From positions 8,474 to 72,473 of the forward strand of contig QMPQ01000001.1 in the NCBI GenBank assembly GCA_003648635.1: DNA of 64,000 nucleotides, written 5' to 3'. Positions 53,148-61,713 of this stretch are shown piece after piece. The notes below the pieces were generated by a model, which did not search any database, was not told where the DNA came from, and saw nothing but the letters and a program-made list of their open reading frames with translations. The translations under genes were made by a program, and so were the position numbers. Origin of the DNA: Bacteroidota bacterium (GTDB lineage Bacteria; Bacteroidota; Bacteroidia; Bacteroidales; GCA-2748055). The stretch's first letter is position 1; each line of letters starts with the position of its first letter.

Positions 53148-54242
53148 ATGGACAAAAATTACTATTGTGTGATCATGGCTGGTGGCATTGGGAGTCGCTT
53201 CTGGCCCCTGAGTAAAACAGAACGCCCCAAGCAATTCCTGGATATTCTTGGAACCGGAAGAACACTTTTGCAACAGACCTTCTACAGATTTCAAAAAATC
53301 ATGCCCCCGGATCATGTTTATGTTGTAAGCAACCTGGAGTATAAGGAGATAATTGCTGAACAACTGCCCGAGATACCGGAGGAGAATATACTTCTGGAGC
53401 CCTTGCGCCGGAACACGGCTCCGTGTATTGATTATGCAAATTTCAGGATCTATCAGAAAAATCCCAATGCCAAAATTGTAGTAGCTCCTTCAGATCACCT
53501 CATTATGAAAGAGGAGGAGTTTCTTCGTTCGGTAGAGCAGGGTCTTGAGTTTGTGGCAGCAAATGATGCCCTATTAACCCTTGGTATTCTTCCCAGTAGA
53601 CCGGAGACGGGCTATGGCTATATCCAGTCCGTTGAGAAAAAGGTAAAAGGATATGAGACACTAAGCCTGAGAAAGGTGAAGACCTTTACGGAGAAACCCG
53701 ATATTGACCTTGCCAAGGTGTTTATCAATAGCGGTGACTTCTATTGGAATGCCGGTATTTTCTTCTGGTCACTTGAAACCATTATGAACTCATTTGAGAT
53801 GTACCTTCCGGAAATTCATTCCCTGTTTAAGGAGGGAGTGGAAGTATATGGAACAGAGGATGAGCAGAAATTCATTCATGAAACCTATGGGAACTGCAAG
53901 AACATTAGCATTGATTATGGGATCATGGAGAAGGCTGATAATGTCTTTGTACTGGTTTCGGATTTTGGATGGTCGGATCTGGGAACATGGGGCTCCCTAT
54001 ATGAACAACTGAATCATGATGAGCTCCAGAATTCAGTTTCAGGGAAGCATGTTTTTATGTATGAATCCTCAGGAACCCTGGTAAATGTTCAGGATAATAT
54101 GCTGGTCGTATTGCAAGGTCTGGAGGACTATATCGTTGTACAGAACCAGAATATCATCCTGGTCTGCAAGCGTGAGGATGAACAGAAGATTAAGCAATAT
54201 GTGACCGATATCAAGACCGAGATAGGGGAAGATATGGTATAG
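53148..54242 (+). CDS. manC: Mannose-1-phosphate guanylyltransferase
   Basis: 364 aa with the nucleotidyltransferase N-terminus VIMAGGIGSRFWPLS and ETGYGYIQ and DLGTWGSLY blocks. Confidence 0.8.
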   Translation: MDKNYYCVIMAGGIGSRFWPLSKTERPKQFLDILGTGRTLLQQTFYRFQKIMPPDHVYVVSNLEYKEIIAEQLPEIPEENILLEPLRRNTAPCIDYANFRIYQKNPNAKIVVAPSDHLIMKEEEFLRSVEQGLEFVAANDALLTLGILPSRPETGYGYIQSVEKKVKGYETLSLRKVKTFTEKPDIDLAKVFINSGDFYWNAGIFFWSLETIMNSFEMYLPEIHSLFKEGVEVYGTEDEQKFIHETYGNCKNISIDYGIMEKADNVFVLVSDFGWSDLGTWGSLYEQLNHDELQNSVSGKHVFMYESSGTLVNVQDNMLVVLQGLEDYIVVQNQNIILVCKREDEQKIKQYVTDIKTEIGEDMV

Positions 54243-54246
54243 TCGC

Positions 54247-54311
54247 ATATCTTGTTTCGCAGCTTAAAATCTTGACTGCGTGAACATTTATAGGCTTGCA
54301 CACCAAGATAT
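54247..54311. repeat. Structured intergenic element, copy B
   Basis: The outer stem ATATCTTG (54247-54254) pairs with CAAGATAT (54304-54311) as 8 perfect bp. The inner hairpin is CGCAG (54258-54262) with CTGCG (54276-54280). TTTATAGGC is conserved with copy A. Confidence 0.6.
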
Positions 54312-54406
54312 TCTCCTCTAGGCAAGCCTGTTGAACCCAGCCTTCGGCTGGCGAAGGCTTCAGTGCCTGAAAACATATATACGAACAGGTGTAAATATTG
54401 AGACAT

Positions 54407-54441
54407 AAAAAAAACCGCCTCGTAAAGAGAGCGGTTTTTTT
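54407..54441. terminator. Bidirectional rho-independent terminator shared by manC (+) and gldN (-)
   Basis: The sequence reads A8-CCGCCTC-gtaaa-GAGaGCGG-T7, so the hairpin is flanked by an A-run and a T-run. Confidence 0.8.
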
Positions 54442-54457
54442 ATGAGTTTAGAGCTTA

Positions 54458-55360
54458 TTAGTATTCCCAGAGGTCATGCTCCATGATGAACAGATCATTT
54501 TTAATCCTTTCAGCTTCAAGCAGTACATCCTGACCCAGTTTGTAGTCGGTTAGCAGGCGGTTTCCAAATACATTGGATTCCCCGATAATGGTGCTTGAGA
54601 AGCGGCGCTGCATAAAGAGGTCATCAAAGGACATGGCCTGGGCATCATTTTTCGGATTGTATATCGAATGGGTAGCAAATAACCTGCGACACTGCGGAAA
54701 ATGCACTACAAAAGGAATACCGGGCCTTGGCGAGGGCAATGGCTGGTTGAATTCATCATAGTATGAATAATAAACCGGCGCAATAGCCACAATACGAACC
54801 TGCATAGTGGAGTGTTTCTTGTCGAAGAACCACTGCTCCTGAATCTGGAATTGGAGGATATTGGTCATACTTTGCCCCATCTTTTCGAAATTGCCATCAA
54901 CATCATAGATGGAATCACCTTCGGTCTTCCGATATATCTCATCCAGACTGGATACCACTGCGAAGGGATCTTTCCATGCTGTAATCACGTTGAATTCATA
55001 GGGAGTAATCTCCTCTGTTTTGATCCCTTCCATCAGGAGGCCAAAGAGGCTGTACCTTTCACCACCGCTCATGTGTCCTTCGAGGGGATAACGCAGGGGC
55101 ATGTTCTGACGGTGCCGGAGATCAATGGTCCTCCAGACATCTTTTGCCCATATGACATCTGCCTCACGAATATAACTGTAAGGAACCGGTTTCTTTTCCG
55201 GAATAATAGTTTCCGATTTATATACATCCGTTGAGGGAGTATATGCTGTGATTACCGGTGCATTTCCCGGGGTAACGGTTGTATTTACATTCTGCGCAGA
55301 TAGGGAACATGTCCATATTGCCAGAATTGCTGCTCCGAATATATACCTTTTTGCCTTCAT
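54458..55360 (-). CDS. gldN: Gliding motility / T9SS periplasmic ring protein GldN (PorN)
   Basis: 300 aa with a signal peptide. It is the last gene of the K-L-M-N order. Blocks such as READVIWAKDVWRTIDLR and EQWFFDKKHS fit GldN as I remember it. Confidence 0.8.
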   Translation of the reverse strand: MKAKRYIFGAAILAIWTCSLSAQNVNTTVTPGNAPVITAYTPSTDVYKSETIIPEKKPVPYSYIREADVIWAKDVWRTIDLRHRQNMPLRYPLEGHMSGGERYSLFGLLMEGIKTEEITPYEFNVITAWKDPFAVVSSLDEIYRKTEGDSIYDVDGNFEKMGQSMTNILQFQIQEQWFFDKKHSTMQVRIVAIAPVYYSYYDEFNQPLPSPRPGIPFVVHFPQCRRLFATHSIYNPKNDAQAMSFDDLFMQRRFSSTIIGESNVFGNRLLTDYKLGQDVLLEAERIKNDLFIMEHDLWEY

Positions 55361-55361
55361 C

Positions 55362-56939
55362 TTATCGTACAGTTATGGTAATATTATTGAGATTTCTTAA
55401 AACACCATCAGGCCCTGTGGCCTTGATTTTTTCAATCATAACCCGCTGCCCTGTTCTGAGCTGGCGGAATAAGGTTTTTTGCTGAGAGGTAAAACGATCG
55501 CTGCTCGAGGGCATGGAATCCCAGATTCCACCTGAACCCTGGAAAGCAATTTCAAAAGACTGCACTTTGTAATCTACTTCAAATACAAAGTCTTTGGCTT
55601 CGGCCTTTACATTTTGCAACTGGGACATTTTACCCACCGTAAGAGCTCCTGATGAACCTGGAATCCCATCCACAACCGCATCGGGTGTGGGAAGATCGTA
55701 AACCCTGAAATTTTCGCGGCTCATGAGCTTTCTTGAACCATCGATATTGGCATATACACTTACTGTAGCTGTATTTTTACCAACACCAGGCCTGACCTGG
55801 TAGGTTCCGGCACTAACACGTCTTATATTGCCCGAGGAGATCTGTGCTATAACATCTCTTTCCGCTACGCCACCCACCGAAATTTCAACGGGATTGGCAA
55901 TGCCGCGGTAGAATACATTCATGGCGGTGGCTGATACTGTGGCATTGGACTCGGCCACTTCAAATTCAGCAGTAAATGTTTTACTGGTAACCTGGCCATC
56001 CTTTTCAATGGAGATAACACCACCCCATTTCTTAATACCTATGCTGTTATAGGAAATTTCGTAAATCCCTTTCCCCCCGTGAGTTTCCAGAAGAGTCCCG
56101 TTCTCAAGCTTGACTTCAGGTATATTGGTGGAGTCATAAGCTGCAAGAAATACTTCGGCATGGTAGGGCACTCCCTTGAAGACATAGTTTGACTTGGCAA
56201 TAACAACCGGCTCAATCACATTGACCTTAAAGTCGCCTGCATCCACCTGTCCCAGCAGGAAGTTGATCATCTCTGCTTCCACGTTCCGGACATCACCCTG
56301 CATTTTGGAAAGCAGTGTAATAACCGATGCAAGCGGAAGGTGCTCAAAATAAGTGGATTCCCAGGTAGGAGTCACACCTTTCTTTTTGCCATGATAAAAG
56401 CTTTCAGGAACATGGGTGCTTAAGATGCTTTCAACAGACTCCACGGTATTCGTATATTTCTCTTTGTCCTCAATCATGGAGAGCATGAACTCACGGTGCT
56501 CTTCGATCTTGGCTTTGAGCTCGGTGCCTTTCTTTCCCACGATCATAATCTCACCAGGTGTGTTCGTGTCATCTTTGGATCTTACATCGGCCAGATGTAC
56601 TTCTCCATCATGAATGGCATCCTCATCTCTCACCTGAGTAATCTCCACCTTGCACTCATTCATAAACTCGTACAATTCATTGGATCGGGCCTTCACCTCA
56701 TCTGCCCGGGTTTTCCAGTCACCTACCTTCTCGGGATTCTGCTCAAATGCCATATTAAACTTGTCATAAAGACCATCGTTTTTGGCTGCAAAATTCTGAG
56801 TAGTTACTGTAAGACCACCATCCACCAGGGTAAATGCATCCAGCACTTCTTTTGATACATTCAATGCCAGCATCGCTGTCAGCACCAAATACATCATGCC
56901 GATCATTTTTTGTCTCGGTGTTTCTTTACCGTGTGCCAT
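55362..56939 (-). CDS. gldM: Gliding motility / T9SS motor-associated protein GldM (PorM)
   Basis: 525 aa. The N-terminus ETPRQKMIGMMYLVLTAMLALNVS contains a single TM with a conserved Arg, followed by a long periplasmic region. Confidence 0.85.
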   Translation of the reverse strand: MAHGKETPRQKMIGMMYLVLTAMLALNVSKEVLDAFTLVDGGLTVTTQNFAAKNDGLYDKFNMAFEQNPEKVGDWKTRADEVKARSNELYEFMNECKVEITQVRDEDAIHDGEVHLADVRSKDDTNTPGEIMIVGKKGTELKAKIEEHREFMLSMIEDKEKYTNTVESVESILSTHVPESFYHGKKKGVTPTWESTYFEHLPLASVITLLSKMQGDVRNVEAEMINFLLGQVDAGDFKVNVIEPVVIAKSNYVFKGVPYHAEVFLAAYDSTNIPEVKLENGTLLETHGGKGIYEISYNSIGIKKWGGVISIEKDGQVTSKTFTAEFEVAESNATVSATAMNVFYRGIANPVEISVGGVAERDVIAQISSGNIRRVSAGTYQVRPGVGKNTATVSVYANIDGSRKLMSRENFRVYDLPTPDAVVDGIPGSSGALTVGKMSQLQNVKAEAKDFVFEVDYKVQSFEIAFQGSGGIWDSMPSSSDRFTSQQKTLFRQLRTGQRVMIEKIKATGPDGVLRNLNNITITVR

Positions 56940-56958
56940 AGAGCAAGATTAAATATTA

Positions 56959-57921
56959 TTATTTCTTTCTAATGCTCATGGCTGTGAGCATATTGCCGTA
57001 TACATTGTTCAATTCTGAGAGACTCTCGCTGAGTTTCACAATCTCGTTCTTGTATTTCTGTGTCTCATCAACAGAAGCCTTCAGACTGGTGATCATCTCA
57101 TTCAATCCGGTGTAAACCCCGGCAGTCCCCTGCAGGTGTTCCTTACTTCCTTTCACCTGGTCGGAGTAGGAGATATTCAGATCGGCCAGATTTTTATTTA
57201 GTGTCTCAAGTTGATCGTTGAACTGTTTCTGACTCTGTGAAATATTGGTATGCTCCTGCTTTACTTCGCCCGACATGGCTTCGTAAGTTGCAGTAAGGTT
57301 GGAACTTGATTCAGCAAATTTATCTGCAATATCCTTGCCTTTTTCATCGATCAGGTTGGCAGTATTTTTGTATGAAGCCGCCAGGGTGTTTACAGATTCA
57401 TTTAACTCACCTGTATTGGTACCATATGCTGTGGCCACATTGTCCATTTTCTCTGCGGCAGTCCCCATCTTGTTGAAATACTCCTTGGTAGCCAGTGAGG
57501 CTGAAGTAATATCACCAATGGTCTCCGTAGTGGTGGAGATGGTGTTCAGGTGCTTACCCAAACTTCTCACATCCTCTGCATTGATCTGGGATTGCTCAAA
57601 AAGTTCATCGAATTTCTGAAGTCCGACGTTCCGGTCTGCAATGGCTTGCTCCTTGTATTCGTCGATCTCATCGGGATCGGACATGCCTGCCAGTTCAGGA
57701 TAAACCAGGGTCCAGTCCAATTCTTCATGCAGCGGTTCAAAAGCTGAGAAAAAGAAGATAATCGATTCAATTATAAGTCCTGTGGCCAATGCAATACCTG
57801 CTCCTGGCCAGTGCTGGATTTTAAAGAGTGCTCCAATAATTACAATGGAGGCTCCAAAGCCATAGAGTTTGGCCGTGAAACTCTTCCAGCCTGAACTTTG
57901 AACTATTTCTGTAATTCCCAT
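56959..57921 (-). CDS. gldL: Gliding motility / T9SS motor protein GldL (PorL)
   Basis: 320 aa. Two N-terminal TM helices are present, the second carrying the conserved Glu (GLIIESIIFFFSAFEP). A long cytoplasmic coiled-coil-like tail follows. Confidence 0.85.
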   Translation of the reverse strand: MGITEIVQSSGWKSFTAKLYGFGASIVIIGALFKIQHWPGAGIALATGLIIESIIFFFSAFEPLHEELDWTLVYPELAGMSDPDEIDEYKEQAIADRNVGLQKFDELFEQSQINAEDVRSLGKHLNTISTTTETIGDITSASLATKEYFNKMGTAAEKMDNVATAYGTNTGELNESVNTLAASYKNTANLIDEKGKDIADKFAESSSNLTATYEAMSGEVKQEHTNISQSQKQFNDQLETLNKNLADLNISYSDQVKGSKEHLQGTAGVYTGLNEMITSLKASVDETQKYKNEIVKLSESLSELNNVYGNMLTAMSIRKK

Positions 57922-57937
57922 TATATTAAGTATTTAA

Positions 57938-59323
57938 TTATTGATCACCTAAATATGAACGAACGCATCTGAACCCAATATATGACTTTGTAGAGTCCTG
58001 GTATTCGTGATCCCGCGTGCTTACCTGAAGGTAACGGGCAATGTCTTTCCAGGATCCACCCCTGATCACTTTCCTCTTCATTACCGGTGGGTCATCAGGT
58101 GAGGCTTCGTAGTTATAATAAGGATTCATATCATGCGAAAATACATAGGCTGAAGGATCATAAGCAGTAATGGTCCATTCAGCTACATTACCTGCCATGT
58201 CGTAGAGGCCATATTCATTGGGAACGCCATAGAATCCAACCCTGGCAGGATACATAGAACCATCGTCAGTATAGTTGCCTCGCAATGGCTTAAAGTTGGC
58301 GATAAAACAACCCAGTTTATTCCTCAGGTAGACTCCACCCCATGGATACATGCTGTGATCGAGTCCTCCCCTGGCCGCGTATTCCCATTCAGCTTCAATG
58401 GGCAACCTGAAGTCCTGTACAATGGGCTCCTGATTGTTAATAAGTGCCTGGTTCAGGAAGTTGGTTCTCCAGATACAAAATGCCTTGGCCTGTTTCCAGG
58501 TAACTCCAACTACCGGATAGTTGTCGTAGGAAGGGGCAGCGAAATAGAGGTTGGTCATGGGCTCATTAAAGGAGTAAGTAAAATCTTTGACCCAGACCAG
58601 GGTATCGGGGTAAACCAGAACCCAGTCTTTGTTTACGAATGAAGAACGCCCTGTGATCTCTTCCCGATCACCATTGGGCCTGGTGATTGTACCTCCGTAC
58701 TGTACCACCGGATCAGCGTTGCCACCTGAATATTCGAGGCGGAAACCATTGGCAGGGTTAGCTGCCTGAACACGGTCTATCCAGTAATAGTTATAAATAA
58801 GTTTTGTTGGATTAATCTCCGCGAAATACAGCGAAAGACGGTCCTCCCCTGAATAATAGATGCCCAGATCCTCAATGGTCTGTTTGATGTTTCCTTCCTT
58901 ATCCTTGGATGGGTCAAGTGGCATTTCCCAGTCGATGATGGGGTCTCCATTTGCGTCCTCATAGGGCTGATCTTCACGATCTTTCCTGATATAATCCTCA
59001 ACGCCATTCATAGCAAGCTCTTTCCTGATAATGGAGTCGCGAACCCAGAATACAAATTGTCTGTATTCGTTGTTGGTGATTTCAGTTTCGTCCATCCAAA
59101 ACGCATCAACAGCCACGGTCCTAGCCATGGTATTCTGCGTCCAGGTGACGTCTTGATCACCGGCGCCCATGACAAATGATCCCATGGGGACCGCCACCAT
59201 TCCAAATGGATCAGGTTCAGCATAAGCTTTTCTACCTTCAACTCCAACCAGCTCACCGGTGTTGTATGAACCACAACCTCCGATGAATATCGCAATAACA
59301 ACTAATATCCCTATTCGTTTCAT
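57938..59323 (-). CDS. gldK: Gliding motility / T9SS lipoprotein GldK (PorK), FGE-sulfatase (SUMF1) fold
   Basis: ORF-track frame runs to 59383 and is trimmed to MKRIGILVVIAIFIGGCGS (ATG at 59323). SUMF1-type blocks are present: PVVGVTWKQAKAFC, EAEWEYAARGG, GNVAEW and RGGSW. Confidence 0.85.
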   Translation of the reverse strand: MKRIGILVVIAIFIGGCGSYNTGELVGVEGRKAYAEPDPFGMVAVPMGSFVMGAGDQDVTWTQNTMARTVAVDAFWMDETEITNNEYRQFVFWVRDSIIRKELAMNGVEDYIRKDREDQPYEDANGDPIIDWEMPLDPSKDKEGNIKQTIEDLGIYYSGEDRLSLYFAEINPTKLIYNYYWIDRVQAANPANGFRLEYSGGNADPVVQYGGTITRPNGDREEITGRSSFVNKDWVLVYPDTLVWVKDFTYSFNEPMTNLYFAAPSYDNYPVVGVTWKQAKAFCIWRTNFLNQALINNQEPIVQDFRLPIEAEWEYAARGGLDHSMYPWGGVYLRNKLGCFIANFKPLRGNYTDDGSMYPARVGFYGVPNEYGLYDMAGNVAEWTITAYDPSAYVFSHDMNPYYNYEASPDDPPVMKRKVIRGGSWKDIARYLQVSTRDHEYQDSTKSYIGFRCVRSYLGDQ

Positions 59324-59405
59324 AGCATATCGCTTATAAGATGCAAACCAAACTTTATACGTACTGTTTTTAGACAAAAACATTTTATTATAGATAATTA
59401 ATCAA

Positions 59406-60344
59406 TTACAAAAACCTGATACTCTTATATTTTTGGGGACTCTTGTCAACACTGAGATCGAAGCAATATCGAACAGTGACTTCATGAGACCCACTATTGT
59501 AATTCATAAGGGGCGAAAGTTCAAAATCGTATGAATATCCAATTTTGATCCCATTCATCATTTCAATGCCAAAAAGAGCTGTTAACGCACCTCCTACAGA
59601 ATAGGAAACTCCCCCCCAGAACCTTTTATTGTATCGAAGGTTTGTATTCAGATAGATCAGGTGCGACCTTGCATCGGTCTGGATCATCACTGAAGGTATA
59701 ATTTCAAACATTGGATTGGCCAACTGGATGTTATATCCGGCCATAAGGTAATAGTGTCTGATCAGTTTCGATTCAGCAACATCCTCAGGGTAATCGAAAG
59801 AGGTTTGATTCAGATGCGTAGTTGATATACCAACATATAGATTATCCGTGTTATAAAATGCCCCAAGGCCCATATCAAAACCAAATGCGCTTCCTCCATT
59901 TTTAGGGATGGCATCATCCGTCTCAGGAGTAATCACATCGGCGCCGTTCCAATTCGGCGACAAGGCCTGGTTGGCCAGCCCTACATTGGCGCCAATACCC
60001 AGGCTTCCCTGCCCAAGGTCCATTCGGAAGGCATAGGCGGCACTAAACAGAAAATCATTGTTAAATGCCAGGTTGTCATTCATTAAGCTGATTCCAATAC
60101 CATGGGTTCTTCCCAGGAGATGAATCGGCATATTGGCAGTAAAAGCAGTAGTAATAGGCGCATCTGGTAGCCCTGTCCACTGATTGCGGAAAACAGCTGC
60201 CAGGCATATTTTATCTGAACTTCCAACGGCTCCGGGATTGAAGAACGGAGCCAGGAACATGTTCTGACTAAATTTCGGATCCTGTTGCGCCAGAACATTC
60301 AGCGAAACAGCTCCAAAAATACATATATATACCAATCTCCTCAT
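59406..60344 (-). CDS. porP: PorP/SprF-family T9SS outer-membrane protein (PorP position of porPKLMN)
   Basis: 312 aa. After the signal comes AQQDPKFSQNMFLAPFFNPGAVG, and the C-terminus is GSHEVTVRYCF. It lies immediately upstream of gldK. Confidence 0.8.
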   Translation of the reverse strand: MRRLVYICIFGAVSLNVLAQQDPKFSQNMFLAPFFNPGAVGSSDKICLAAVFRNQWTGLPDAPITTAFTANMPIHLLGRTHGIGISLMNDNLAFNNDFLFSAAYAFRMDLGQGSLGIGANVGLANQALSPNWNGADVITPETDDAIPKNGGSAFGFDMGLGAFYNTDNLYVGISTTHLNQTSFDYPEDVAESKLIRHYYLMAGYNIQLANPMFEIIPSVMIQTDARSHLIYLNTNLRYNKRFWGGVSYSVGGALTALFGIEMMNGIKIGYSYDFELSPLMNYNSGSHEVTVRYCFDLSVDKSPQKYKSIRFL

Positions 60345-60518
60345 TGTCTGTCTAACTCAATCCAGAGCTTCGTTTCTATGGCTCTTTTACAGTGTTAAAA
60401 TAACTAAAAATAGTTCGAGATCACAAAAATTTATCAATACCATAATGTCAATAAAATCAAGGGTTCCAGGTCATTTAACAAAAAATTTAGACCTGCATCC
60501 TCTTTAATTAAACGTGGA

Positions 60519-61694
60519 TTAATCTTTTTCATTACCCAATCTGTGTAAAAAGCGCCACCAGCGGTCTGGTATTTCCTGATTACAGGCGTGCTGGTAATCT
60601 TCATACGAACAGGAGACAAAAAAGTTGTACCCTGTGGCAGGATTCTTTACAGGAATTTCCATCCACCATCTTTCGGAAAGGGTGCTTTTATGAAAGATAA
60701 TGTCATGTCCGGCGGCATTCAGAGTGACGATAAACTTTTTTATGTGCTCGGGGGTGTCCTTTGGATTTTCACGGATGCGATGGGTTAGTCCCTCGAGGAA
60801 GTACCAGGTAGACTGGGCAGCCAGGTGGGCCGTCTGGCCATTGATATCTGACTTTGGATTGAGCTCAAAAAAACCAAGGATGTTGGTCTGTTCGCTTAAT
60901 CCCGCGTATCGCGTGATCTGGCATAGTTCATCGGCAAAAAATCCATTTGGCGACGGTGTTGAGGCACCCGGAGCATCAGCATGCCTTACAGCTCCCATAT
61001 CGATGCTGATGAATTCGGAGTCCCGTATCAGGGGTTCGGCCTGTTTGATCTCTTTCCGGGCCTCCCCCAGACGAATGCTTTCCAGGTAGGATTTATCCAG
61101 TTGCTGGAGTTGTTCTTCACTAACAAAGTAGGCCTGATGCCCCAGGTTGGTGAGGCTGAATTGTTTGAGTCCGGTACTGTTTACCACCTGGTTCAGGTAG
61201 TTTCGGGAATTTAACTGATCCTCGTTCAGGGAGAAATCGAGCATGGAGTCAATGGTAAGCAGCTGGTGTAGTCCCTCATGTTTTTCGAGGGCCAGGAAGG
61301 CGCCACGACTCAGATCCTGGGAACCTCCGAATATCACAGTGGTGATCTCCCGTTCCCTGAGTTCCAGAAGGATGTCTCTCAGGGCAAAATAGGTGTCGTT
61401 TATGGCCCCCCCAATTTTTACATTTCCCAGATCATAGATCTTCAGGTTCCTATTAATCTTTCGGAGTTGGTATAACTTGCTGCGAATGTGGTTGGGGGCA
61501 TCCTTACTCCCTTTAATAAAACCGTTGCTATCAACCGGGACTCCCATAAGGGCCACCTGGTGTTTATCCAATTCACGAATGGGATGATCAGGCGTATGGA
61601 CTGAAATATGGTGGCTGAAAGATTCATTATTATCCAGGTATTCGAATTCGGGCCTTTCCAGGCTAACGGGGTCGAAATATCCATTCAGATCCAT
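60519..61694 (-). CDS. Arginase/formimidoylglutamase-fold protein with substituted metal-ligand positions
   Basis: 391 aa. The family blocks are recognisable but altered: VIFGGSQDLS (vs GGDHS), LLTIDSMLDFS (vs DAHxD), ISIDMGAVRHADAPG (vs SxDxDxxDP) and FELNP (vs EVNP). Confidence 0.6.
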   Translation of the reverse strand: MDLNGYFDPVSLERPEFEYLDNNESFSHHISVHTPDHPIRELDKHQVALMGVPVDSNGFIKGSKDAPNHIRSKLYQLRKINRNLKIYDLGNVKIGGAINDTYFALRDILLELREREITTVIFGGSQDLSRGAFLALEKHEGLHQLLTIDSMLDFSLNEDQLNSRNYLNQVVNSTGLKQFSLTNLGHQAYFVSEEQLQQLDKSYLESIRLGEARKEIKQAEPLIRDSEFISIDMGAVRHADAPGASTPSPNGFFADELCQITRYAGLSEQTNILGFFELNPKSDINGQTAHLAAQSTWYFLEGLTHRIRENPKDTPEHIKKFIVTLNAAGHDIIFHKSTLSERWWMEIPVKNPATGYNFFVSCSYEDYQHACNQEIPDRWWRFLHRLGNEKD

Positions 61695-61713
61695 GGGGTG
61701 TGATTCTTATGTT

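Noticed and set aside
54128-54406. 92-aa minus-strand ORF spanning the manC 3' end and the intergenic element copy B
   Set aside because: It overlaps manC antisense and runs through a structured non-coding repeat. Its start lies immediately at the shared bidirectional terminator, so no promoter room is evident. It has no family resemblance.
60345-60518. A sigma-54 (-24/-12) promoter upstream of porP, given rpoN in the window
   Set aside because: The only GG-containing candidate (CTGGAACCCTTGATTTT) lacks the GC at the required 10-nt spacing. No TGGCAC-N5-TTGC-like match was seen.
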